Assembly (NCBI GenBank): GCA_038240335.1
Contig: JBBSDV010000111.1
Coordinates: 1-10,846, forward strand
DNA length: 10,846 nucleotides
Source of the DNA: Dehalococcoidia bacterium
GTDB taxonomy: Bacteria; Chloroflexota; Dehalococcoidia; DSTF01; JACRBR01
Direction: 5' to 3'
The translations under genes were made by a program, and so were the position numbers. This document shows positions 1 through 7,147 of this stretch, piece after piece. The notes beneath the pieces were generated by a model. That model made no database searches. It saw only the letters and a list, made by a program, of their open reading frames with translations, and had not been told where the DNA came from. How positions within the stretch are numbered: position 1 is the first letter of the stretch; the number at the start of each line of letters is the position of its first letter.

Positions 1-1644
1 ACGATGAGAGAGGTCGTGCACCCCGACGACCTGCCCGCACTGCAAACGTTCCTCATGCCAGGCTGGACCGGCGAGATCGAAGCGACGTTCCGGATCATGA
101 CCTCCGATGGCGGATGGCAACAGCGTGACGCACGAGGCGTGCGTGAGATCGACGAGCGAGGCATTCACTCGTCCGTGCTCGTGCTTCGCGACAGCGGCCA
201 CCATCAAAGGACGGAAGGCGCGGCTATCCGAATCGAAGCGCGCTCGAACGCGCTGCTGAGAGCGATGCCGGACCTGATGTTCCGGCTATCGCGAGGCGGC
301 TGCTACCTCGATTTCAAGCCGGCGCGCGCCGAGGAGTTCGTCGTCCCGCCGGACAAGGTCATTGGAGGGTATGTGCGCGATCTACTGGAGCCGGAGCTGG
401 CGGAGCGGATTATGGAGACGATCCGCCGCGCACTCGACGAAGGCGGCGTACACACACTCGAATACTCGCTCAACAAGCCGATTGGCGTGCGGGACGTCGA
501 AGGCCGGTTCGTCGCGTGCGGCGACGACGAAGTACTCGTCATCTCGCGCGATATCACCGACCGTAAGCGCACCGAACGCGAGCTCTCCGCGAGTGAGGAG
601 CGCTATCGCAGCGTCGTCGAAGGCGCGCGCGACATCGTCTACACGCACGACCTCCTGGGCAACCTCACGTCGGTGAACAGCGTCGCGTCGCAGCTGTATG
701 GCTACACCGTTGATGAGTTGCTGTCCATGAACTTCGCAGACCTCCTCGATCCGGCGTATCTCACCCCTGCCCTGGATAACATGCAGCGAGCACTCCGGGG
801 CGAAGCGATGCTGGCACCGCTCCAGTTTCTTACCCATGCGAAGGACGGCTCGACGCGGTGGGTGGACGTGGTCGCCGATCCGATCCGGCGCGACAATGAG
901 GTAGTGGGGTTCCAGGGGATCGTACGCGACATCACCGAGCGGAAGCGCGCGGCGGACAGTGTGCGCTTCCAAGCCCAGCTTCTGGACGATATCGCCAAGG
1001 AGGCGCAGACCGCGAGCGAACAAGCGGCACTCAGCAACGAGCGCGCGCGCATCGCACAGGAGCTGCACGATAACGTCGCGCAGTTCTTCTTCGGGATCGG
1101 TATGGCCTCGACGGAGCTCATGGCGCACTCGTCCGTCTCGCCAGCGATGAAGAAGAAGCTGTCGCAAATCCGGCGGCTCTCCGCTGAGGGTGGCCGGGAG
1201 ATACGCAACGCCATCCATGCGATCGCACCTCCGGAAGAGGCGCTGCCGCTCTCCGACGCCCTCGCGCCACTCATTGACGAGATGGGCGTTGCCGGAGTGC
1301 AGGTCACGTACCGGGAGCAGCGCCCGGCGGCCCTACCGGCTTCCATCAACACGCTGCTGTACGCGACCGCCCGCGAGCTGCTCTTCAACGTGCGCAAACA
1401 CGCCAACGCGACGGAGGCGCCCGTCAAGCTGACCGTCACCGCGCGGCGCGCCACCCTCAGCGTCTCAGACAACGGCGGCGGCCGAGCGGCGGGCCTGCGG
1501 GCCAGTCTTGACGACGGGCCGGGGTTCGGCCTGCGCAGCATCAGGCTGCGGCTCAAGCAGCGCGGAGGCACGATCCGGGTGACGGATCGTCGGCCCGGAG
1601 GATTGCGCATCGTTTGCTCGGTTCCGCTGAGAGATGCGTCGTGA
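1..1644 (+). CDS. Cytoplasmic multi-PAS sensor histidine kinase (HisKA_3/NarL-type, HATPase_c), 5'-truncated at the window edge
   Basis: The reading frame is open from nt 1. The first residues (VHPDDLPALQ..DGGWQQRD) lie mid-PAS-fold, so the N-terminus is missing. At least two further PAS/PAC units are present (SEERYRSVVEGARDIVYTHD...DGSTRWVDVV...IVRDITERKRA). The H-box ERARIAQELHDNVAQ is typical of HisKA_3 kinases that partner with NarL/LuxR regulators. The ATP-binding end (ARELLFNVRKHANAT...VSDNGGG...GFGLRSIRLR) is intact. No hydrophobic TM segment is present. Stop TGA at 1642-1644. Confidence 0.85.
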   Translation, partial: TMREVVHPDDLPALQTFLMPGWTGEIEATFRIMTSDGGWQQRDARGVREIDERGIHSSVLVLRDSGHHQRTEGAAIRIEARSNALLRAMPDLMFRLSRGGCYLDFKPARAEEFVVPPDKVIGGYVRDLLEPELAERIMETIRRALDEGGVHTLEYSLNKPIGVRDVEGRFVACGDDEVLVISRDITDRKRTERELSASEERYRSVVEGARDIVYTHDLLGNLTSVNSVASQLYGYTVDELLSMNFADLLDPAYLTPALDNMQRALRGEAMLAPLQFLTHAKDGSTRWVDVVADPIRRDNEVVGFQGIVRDITERKRAADSVRFQAQLLDDIAKEAQTASEQAALSNERARIAQELHDNVAQFFFGIGMASTELMAHSSVSPAMKKKLSQIRRLSAEGGREIRNAIHAIAPPEEALPLSDALAPLIDEMGVAGVQVTYREQRPAALPASINTLLYATARELLFNVRKHANATEAPVKLTVTARRATLSVSDNGGGRAAGLRASLDDGPGFGLRSIRLRLKQRGGTIRVTDRRPGGLRIVCSVPLRDAS

Positions 1645-2276
1645 CGCACGGGGTACGTGTTTTCATCATCGACGATCATCCCATTGTTCGTGCCGGCCTT
1701 CGGGACCTCCTTCGCAGTTCGCGGGACATCATCGTGGTCGGCGATGCGGAGGATGGCGAGGCTGACGCAATGGCAGGCTTGGAGGCGTCGCGCGCGAACG
1801 TCGCGATCGTTGACATCAAGCTTAAGCGGGGTGACGGCATCACCATCTGCCGCAAGATCAAGCAGCACGCACCCGGCGTCGGTGTGGCATTGCTCAGTGC
1901 GTTCTGGGACGATGCTCTCGTTCATGCCGCGCTGGATGCGGGCGCGGACGGGTATCTGCTCAAGGACGCGGAGCACTTCGAACTGGAGAAGGCGATCCGC
2001 AGCATCGCCCGCGGCGAGCCATTCTTCGACACCGCCATTTCAGGTGCGTTGAGCCGGCGGGCGCGAGGTGAGGGCAACGCACGCGAGTCTCTTTCGACGC
2101 AAGACGCTGAGATCCTCCGACAGGTGGCCGACGGCCGAACGAACAAGGCGATCGCCGCTGCCCTCTTCTTGAGCCCGCACACCGTGCGCGACCGCCTCAG
2201 CGGCGTCATGGCGCTTCTCGGGGCGAAGAATCGGGCCGAAGCCGTCCAGATCGCCTCTCGGCGCGGGTTGATCTGA
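1641..2276 (+). CDS. Two-component response regulator, NarL/FixJ/LuxR family (REC + HTH_LuxR)
   Basis: GTG 1641 overlaps the kinase stop (GTGA), which indicates translational coupling. The listed ORF starts at a TTG at 1614. The N-terminus VRVFIIDDHPIVRAGL...VAIVDIKL...LLSAF has the REC acidic pocket and the phospho-acceptor Asp. The C-terminus LSTQDAEILRQVADGRTNKAIAAALFLSPHTVRDRLSGVMALLG matches a LuxR-type HTH. Stop TGA at 2274-2276. Confidence 0.9.
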   Translation: MTHGVRVFIIDDHPIVRAGLRDLLRSSRDIIVVGDAEDGEADAMAGLEASRANVAIVDIKLKRGDGITICRKIKQHAPGVGVALLSAFWDDALVHAALDAGADGYLLKDAEHFELEKAIRSIARGEPFFDTAISGALSRRARGEGNARESLSTQDAEILRQVADGRTNKAIAAALFLSPHTVRDRLSGVMALLGAKNRAEAVQIASRRGLI

Positions 2277-2446
2277 TCGATGCGGGCTCCTAGGCCCGTT
2301 CCGGGCCTGAAAGGACGTCTAGCCCCAAAGACACGACATTTGTAGGCAAGACTCCCTACGATTGTCCCCGCTGGCGAGCGCGACATTCTTCCGACTACTT
2401 AGCTGACCGATCCGTGTTTCGCCGAGTAGAAGGGTGGCGCCGTTCC
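2277..2446 (+). promoter_or_regulatory. 170-bp spacer between the two-component pair and the tasA-like operon; candidate promoter/operator region
   Basis: It is the only sizeable non-coding gap on the + strand before a three-gene operon. It contains a 7-bp direct repeat CGACATT x2 (about 48 bp apart) and an inverted repeat CTACT(N25)AGTAG. A GAAGGG ribosome-binding site lies about 14 nt before ATG 2447. No clean sigma70 -35/-10 pair could be identified by eye. Confidence 0.3.
2283..2312 (+). terminator. Two overlapping short GC hairpins immediately after the response-regulator stop; possible weak terminator or attenuator
   Basis: gggctcctaggccc and ggcccgttccgggcc form 4-5 bp GC stems. No T-tract follows (tgaaagg), so this is weak as an intrinsic terminator. 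Confidence 0.2.
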
Positions 2447-3019
2447 ATGCTGAACAAGCTTCTGATTCTGGGTGTTGGGCTCGCGCTCATTGGCGGCTTG
2501 ATGGGTTCTCGCGGACTCGCCGTCTTCACAAGCACGGCCAGCGTTGGCACCAACACCTTCACCACCGGCACGGTCAGCCTGACGACCTCGCCCACGACCG
2601 CCCTCGTCACGTTCTCCGGCATGGCGCCGGGCGACCAGGTGACGGCGCCGATCACCGTCACGAACGCCGGATCACTGGCACTCCGCTACGCCGTGACGAG
2701 CACCACGACCGAAAACATCCTCGCTACGCAGTTGGCGTTGACGATCAAGTCGGGTGTCACGACGTGCACGAACGCTGCCTACGCGGCGACGGGCACGGTC
2801 GTCTACAACGCCGCGGCGCTGGGCAATACAACCGCGGTCAACGTCGTCGGAAATCCGGTGCAAGGTGCGCAGGCCGGTGACCGCACACTGGCCGCCGCCG
2901 CCAATGAGATCTTGTGCTTCAACGTCAGCTTGCCGTTAGCGAGCGGCAATGCGTTCCAAGGGCTGACGTCAACGGCGACGTTCGCGTTCCAGGGTGAGCA
3001 GACGACGAACAACCCGTAG
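2447..3019 (+). CDS. Secreted TasA/camelysin-family (Peptidase_M73-like, non-catalytic) protein with SipW-cognate-type signal peptide
   Basis: The N-terminus MLNKLLILGVGLALIGGLMGSRGLAVFTSTASVGTNTFTTGTVSL matches the SipW-cognate signal pattern of B. subtilis TasA (..GGTWAAFNDIKSKDATFASGTLDLS). The mature region L..TFSGMAPGDQVTAPITVTNAGSLALRY parallels the TasA N.LKPGDKLTKDFQFENNGSLAIK block. There is no HExxH. Stop is a TAG TAG double stop at 3017-3022. The alternative upstream GTG 2414 would lengthen the n-region (MFRRVEGWRRS...). Confidence 0.75.
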   Translation: MLNKLLILGVGLALIGGLMGSRGLAVFTSTASVGTNTFTTGTVSLTTSPTTALVTFSGMAPGDQVTAPITVTNAGSLALRYAVTSTTTENILATQLALTIKSGVTTCTNAAYAATGTVVYNAAALGNTTAVNVVGNPVQGAQAGDRTLAAAANEILCFNVSLPLASGNAFQGLTSTATFAFQGEQTTNNP

Positions 3020-3052
3020 TAGTTGAGCCACCACGCGCTGAAGGACCGCACG

Positions 3053-3631
3053 ATGACATGTTCCCGCTTCTTGGCGGTCCGCAACCGTCTTCCACTGCCT
3101 CGGCCAGCGCGCGCCTTTCGCTCAGGCGCGCGGGCCGCGGGCATCCTTGCCAGCGTCGTCAGCGTCGGTGCGCTGCTTGCGGTCACGCTGCCCGGTCTGG
3201 TCGGGTACCACAACATCACGATCACCAGTGGGAGCATGGGAAGCGCGCTCCCAACGGGCAGTGTCGCGGTCACCCGCACCGTTAACTTCCGCCATGTCCA
3301 CGTCGGCGATGTCATTGCGTTTCAGCGGGCGACCGCGGGCATCCCGGTCGTTCACCGGATCGTCGAGATTCGCGACACCGACGCCGGACGGATCGCGGTC
3401 ACTCGCGGTGACGCCAACGCCGACGTGGACGCAGAGCCGCTCGCGATCGAGCAAGGAACCGGCGACCGCGTCGAATATTACGTTCCATGGCTCGGGTACG
3501 CGCTGGTCTTCATCCGGGCGCCCGGTGGGCTGATCGCGCTCGCGGCGGTCTCCGCCATCGTGTGCGTAGGGCGCCGCCACAAGCAAGAGGCGCGAGCCGA
3601 GAGTCATGCGTCGCCAACCCTGGCTTCGTAG
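3053..3631 (+). CDS. sipW: SipW-type (archaeal/ER-type, S26B) signal peptidase I
   Basis: It has an N-terminal TM helix (AAGILASVVSVGALLAVTL). The catalytic Ser lies in ITSGSMGSALPTGS (cf. SGSMEP). The His box is IPVVHRIVEI. A second C-terminal TM anchor (GLIALAAVSAIVCVGRR) completes the topology typical of SipW. ATG 3053 is preceded by GAAGGA 9 nt upstream; the listed ORF begins at an in-frame TTG at 3023. Stop TAG at 3629-3631. Confidence 0.75.
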   Translation: MTCSRFLAVRNRLPLPRPARAFRSGARAAGILASVVSVGALLAVTLPGLVGYHNITITSGSMGSALPTGSVAVTRTVNFRHVHVGDVIAFQRATAGIPVVHRIVEIRDTDAGRIAVTRGDANADVDAEPLAIEQGTGDRVEYYVPWLGYALVFIRAPGGLIALAAVSAIVCVGRRHKQEARAESHASPTLAS

Positions 3632-4547
3632 CCGCGAATTCTGCTTTGCGGCGGTGGGCTCTGCCGCGTTTGTCGCCGCGTTCGCGGCGACTCAAGTCGC
3701 GCTCGCGGTGTTGGGCAATTCTCCCAGCGTCAACGCCAATACGCTGGCGACCTCCACGATGGCGGCGCCGACTGGCATCGGCGCGGTCGGCGGCGCAAAC
3801 ATCGTGCTGACGTGGACGGCGACGCCGACGAGCTATGCGGCCGGCTACAACGTGATGCGATCGCAAACATCCGGCGGGCCGTACGCGCAGGTGGCGCAGG
3901 TAACGCCGCGCACGACCTTCACATACACGGACAGTCCGGCTGCTGGCACGTATTACTACGTGTTGCAGTCGTACTTCCAGAACTGGGTGAGCGCCAACAG
4001 CACGCAAACATCCGCGGGCGTGTCGACGACGACGGGCTATCTCTCATGCGCGGCCCAGGCCGCCGACGCGGGCGGCGATGGCAACGGCTACGAGACGAAC
4101 CCGGCGAACGCTTGCGCCAACGATTCAGTCTTCGCGACCGACGCCAGTAGCGGCACAAGCACCGCCACGAGTTGCACCTCCGCCGCGAAGGACAAGCATC
4201 GGTTTTACAACTACGGGATCGCGCTGCCGGCCAGCTCGGTCGTGAACGGGATCGAAGTGCGGCTCGACGCCTTGAAGAGCGGCACCGGCACGGCGCCGAA
4301 GCTTTGCGTGCAGCTCTCCTGGGACGGCGGTACGACGTGGGCGACGTCGAAGGTCACGCCGAACATCACGGGCGCGGAAGCGACGTACATTCTCGGCGCG
4401 GCGAATAATACGTGGGGCCACGTCTGGACCGTCCCCCAGATGACGGACGCCAACTTCCGCGTCCGGGTCATCGACACGGACAACACGGCGACGCAGACGT
4501 TCCAGCTTGACCAGGTCGCGGTCCAAGTGACGTTCACGCCGCCGTAA
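3606..4547 (+). CDS. Secreted protein with SipW-cognate-like signal, FN3-like domain and Cys-containing C-terminal domain; probable second substrate or accessory of the SipW system
   Basis: The N-terminus ...AAVGSAAFVAAFAATQVALAVLGNSPSVNANTLATSTMAAP repeats the A-[VF]-x5-7-N-x-N-T-[FL]-[TA]-[TS]-[GS]-T motif seen in gene 1. An FN3-like block follows (ANIVLTWTATPTSYAAGYNVMRS...GTYYYVLQSY). Then comes a roughly 170-aa Thr/Ser/Ala-rich domain with 4 Cys and no recognisable family. The gene overlaps the sipW end by 26 nt. Stop TAA at 4545-4547. Confidence 0.65.
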   Translation: MRRQPWLRSREFCFAAVGSAAFVAAFAATQVALAVLGNSPSVNANTLATSTMAAPTGIGAVGGANIVLTWTATPTSYAAGYNVMRSQTSGGPYAQVAQVTPRTTFTYTDSPAAGTYYYVLQSYFQNWVSANSTQTSAGVSTTTGYLSCAAQAADAGGDGNGYETNPANACANDSVFATDASSGTSTATSCTSAAKDKHRFYNYGIALPASSVVNGIEVRLDALKSGTGTAPKLCVQLSWDGGTTWATSKVTPNITGAEATYILGAANNTWGHVWTVPQMTDANFRVRVIDTDNTATQTFQLDQVAVQVTFTPP

Positions 4548-4564
4548 TGGGAGTTGTGGACCGG

Positions 4565-4593
4565 CCCGCCTTGCACGGATCCACCGCACCGAG
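4565..4593 (+). terminator. Imperfect hairpin downstream of gene 3 stop (gtggaccg...cggatccac); weak terminator candidate
   Basis: An approximately 8-bp stem with one bulge and a 12-nt loop lies 18 nt after the TAA. No U-tract follows. Confidence 0.2.
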
Positions 4594-4950
4594 TGTTGGC
4601 ATGATGTGGTGCGCATTGACACGATGACCTCAGCGTGCGCGGGCAGATCGGCGAGACCACACACTCACGTCGACGCACGCATGGCATCAGCGAGAAGCTA
4701 GCGCGGCGGTGCTCCGAATGGGACGGCCGTCTGTGTCGTCGCGGGTAATGTCGCGCCGCTGATGTTCGAGGGCCTGGGTGCTCGGGTTCAGCGCGCTGCC
4801 GCTAACTCGGTCCTCGAGTGTATGCAGGCACACCATCTAGGTGTCAGCCTACCTCCAACCTTCTCGATTTCGCGCGCAGGCGCCCGACATCCTCCTCCGA
4901 TGCCTCTGCGAATCGAACTGGCCGTAGTCCCGCATCTCGTCGCGCGTGCG

Positions 4951-6973
4951 CTACCGACCCGCCGGGGGCGTGCCGTTGGCACCGTTCGTACCGTTGCGGT
5001 TGCCGGCGAGCAGCTGGGCGATGAATGCGGAGAAGATGTTGCCGCCACCGCCGCCCTCTCCTCCGCCACCGACCTGGATGTCCGGCGTAATCTTCAACCC
5101 CGCCGACGCGATCGATTTCGTGACTTCGATGCCAGCGAGGTTCGCCTGACCGACGGCGGCCACCTGCTTCTCGTACGCCTCCGCGGTCGCCGTGCCGACG
5201 GCGAGGATCTTCTTGCCTTCGGCGTCGCCCTCGAGCTCCGTCGCGCGCGCCCGACCTTCCGCGGCGAGGATGACTTGCTGTTTGGTCTGCTCCGAAACCT
5301 GTACGCCGATCTGCGCGGCGACGAGCTCGATTTGCTTGTCGGCCTTCGCCCTCGTGTTCTCCGTGTCGATGCGCTTCTCTTACGACTTCTGCTGCTCGAC
5401 GAACATATCTTGCTGTTGTGCCGCGATGACGCGTCGCGTGTGAATCTCCATCAGCTCCTGTGGCAGGATGATTTGCGAGATCAGCACCGACACGCACTCG
5501 ACGTGGTACTTCTCGAGTTCCTCCCGCGTGCGAGCCTCGGCCTTCGCCTGCTCGTCGGCGCGGTCCTGCATGAAGTTCATCGCCCCGGACGATGACGCCT
5601 GGTTGCGGAACGAAGAGTCGATCATCGGGTGCACCACATGGTCGATGAGGTTCTCGATCGAGCCGATCTTGGCCACCATCAGGGGCGCCTGTTCCGGACG
5701 GACGCGGATCACCACCTTGACGCCGACGCGCATCTCGAAGCCCTCGCGGCTGATCACGGCGAGCGGATTGAAGAGCTGAGCGCGGCGAGGAGAGTCCTTG
5801 TCGTCCTCCAGCGATGCCATGCCCTCGTCTGCCCAATCGATCGTGAGGTTCGTCGTCGGGATGATGTAGGCGATGTACGCCCAGCGGTTCAAATAGTAGA
5901 CGCCCGGCCCCGCAACTTCGGCTTGAATGCCCCGGTAGCCCTCCGGCACGACATATCGCTCCTTGCCCGCGAGACGATCGGCTTGCGGGATGTTCTCGGG
6001 CTCCTTGCCGACGTTCGACACGAGCACCGCGACCTCGCCGCGCTGGACGACGGCGACCTCGTCGAGCTTCACGTCGAACATCAGCGGATTGATGTAGTAC
6101 GTGCCGGGCTTAAGCAGGTCGTACTGCGGCCCGCGCTGCCCGCCGCCGGCGAGGAACGACGACGCATCATGAAAGTCGTTGTGACCCGCCACACTCGCGG
6201 CCACCAGCTCCCCGGCCGGCAGTGGCGATCCGTCTTTCGCCGTGACAAGCCCTACCTGGTTCGCCTGCACGATCGTCGCCGGCTGGACGTCGACGCTAAA
6301 GAGATCGGTGTTGATCCTGTAGCGTCCCGGAAAGATCACCTCGATCTGCGGCCCGCGCTGGCCGTCGCCCGCGATAAAGGCCTCACCGTCCTGAAATGCC
6401 TGGTGACCATCGACCTTGCGTGCGAGCAGGCGACCGGTCGCCATTGGCTCGCCGTCGCGCGCGCCGACGATGCCGACGCGCCCTTGCGGGACAATCAGCG
6501 CGGGCTGCGTGTGTACGCGGAACAGGTACGTATTGACCCGGTACTTCCCGGGTGAAAGGATGTCGACCTGCGGTCCCTTCTGGCCACCGTTCCGCAGGAA
6601 GCCCTCGCCGTCCTGGAACGTGTCGTGATTCTCGACGCGCCGGGCGAAGATGTGGCCCGGGTCGAGCGGACGGCCGTCGATCGATTCGATCAGTCCGACT
6701 TCGTCTTCCGCGACCGACAGCATGTCGTCCTTGGTGACCTTGTAGATGAACGGCGGCAGCACGGCCAACCCCGGCTGCAGCACGCGTGCCTGGATCCCGA
6801 TCTCGCCCCGCATCGCGACGACGCGGCTCTCCGGGAGCGAGCGGCCCCAGGTAGCGACGTTCGATGATGCCAACCTGCTGCCCGCCGATGTTGACCAGCA
6901 TGCCGCCGAACAGCACGACGAAGAGAATAACGACGAGCACGACGCCGACGATGATCAGCGGCAGGTATATCAT
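4951..6973 (-). pseudogene. YqiK-type flotillin (SPFH/band-7) gene, disrupted as sequenced by a frameshift near 6846-6850 and an in-frame TAA at 5380-5382
   Basis: ATG 6973 is preceded by AAGGA 8 nt upstream. It gives MIYLPLIIVGVVLVVILFVVLFGG..QQVGIIERRYLG, the TM helix plus SPFH start (cf. FloT ..EALIVTGSYLG). The frame then shifts by one base within ctggggccgc (+ strand gcggccccag) to continue RSLPESRVVAMRGEIGIQARVLQPGL... A TAA follows QQQDMFVEQQKS. The same frame reads on directly for 143 more codons (EKRIDTENTRAKADKQIELVAAQIGVQVSEQTKQQVILAAEGRARATELEGDAEGKKIL...GGGGEGGGGGNIF...), the typical flotillin C-terminal coiled-coil tail, with no restart codon. Stop at 4951-4953. Confidence 0.6.
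5950..6650 (-). repeat. Intragenic tandem repeats (about 222 bp, 74 aa unit, at least 3 copies) encoding the YqiK-flotillin repeat motif
   Basis: The protein-level repeats are H..FQDGE.F...GGQ.GPQ......PG.Y.IN..LF.V..QPA.IV.....VG.V.A.DG.P...G.L.A..V.G. Copies visible: HDTFQDGEGFLRNGGQKGPQVDILSPGKYRVNTYLF.., HQAFQDGEAFIAGDGQRGPQIEVIFPGRYRINTDLF.., HNDFHDASSFLAGGGQRGPQYDLLKPGTYYINPLMF.. Confidence 0.6.
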
Positions 6974-7069
6974 GGTCGATCCTTAGCAACGGCGTCGTAT
7001 CGCGGGACTGCCGCGGATGTGAGTGGTCGAGTGCGCATAGCGTATATCAGCGGCGACGCAGGCGTCTAT

Positions 7070-7093
7070 GTCGCCCCGATTCGGTGGGGCGAC
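7070..7093 (-). terminator. Stable GC hairpin (8-9 bp stem gtcgcccc/ggggcgac) in the 174-bp spacer between the GH57-like gene and flotillin; possible terminator or RNA structure
   Basis: A perfect 8-bp G/C stem with an 8-nt loop lies about 55 nt downstream of the GH57-like stop on the - strand. No U-tract follows. Confidence 0.3.
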
Positions 7094-7147
7094 GCGGTGG
7101 GTCATGGATGGCGCAACTCTGGCGTTGCCCGACGAGAGTGCCGTCGC

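Noticed and set aside
382-1976. Long - strand ORFs (382..1218, 702..1976; 278 and 424 aa) overlapping the kinase and regulator genes
   Set aside because: They are antisense to well-supported genes with clear domain signatures. The translations are Arg/Ala/Ser-rich with low complexity, the usual artefact of high-GC DNA.
1657-2052. + strand ORF 1657..2052 (131 aa) in an alternative frame of the response regulator
   Set aside because: An out-of-frame overlap with the REC domain gives a Ser/Arg-rich junk translation.
2434-2939. Alternative-frame ORFs inside the tasA-like gene (2434..2880, 2754..2939) and - strand 2803..3315
   Set aside because: They are His/Arg-rich nonsense translations. The in-frame product has a clear TasA-like signal and core motif.
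3122-4007. - strand ORFs 3122..3607 and 3510..4007 and + strand 3147..3533 and 3487..3810, overlapping the sipW-like and FN3 genes
   Set aside because: They are antisense or off-frame with Arg/Asp-rich composition. The sense frames carry the Ser and His catalytic boxes and signal peptides.
4211-4687. - strand ORF 4211..4687 (158 aa, Cys-rich N-terminus)
   Set aside because: Only the first roughly 47 codons lie in the spacer; the rest is antisense to gene 3. There is no ribosome-binding site and it uses a rare start.
4722-4731. Perfect palindrome GACGGCCGTC as a possible restriction/modification or terminator site
   Set aside because: Its 10 bp have no loop, so it cannot form a terminator hairpin. 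A single occurrence is insufficient to infer a protein-binding or R-M site. It is noted only as a landmark of the spacer.
4762-5836. + strand ORF 4762..5595 and - strand ORF 4844..5836 (330 aa, about 25% Arg)
   Set aside because: They are off-frame or antisense readings of the flotillin C-terminal region with extreme Arg/Gly/Asp bias. The true frame gives the conserved flotillin coiled-coil tail.
5629-6555. + strand ORF 5629..6555 (308 aa)
   Set aside because: It is antisense to the flotillin repeat region and rich in Arg/Asp/Leu with low complexity.
6383-6973. Treating the - strand ORFs 6383..6973 and 5380..6873 as two separate genes
   Set aside because: The first gives only a TM helix and then Arg/Pro junk. 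The second starts at a TTG with no ribosome-binding site and lacks the membrane anchor. Joined with a 1-nt correction in the G4/C4 run they make a standard flotillin N-terminus, so a single frameshifted gene is the better model.
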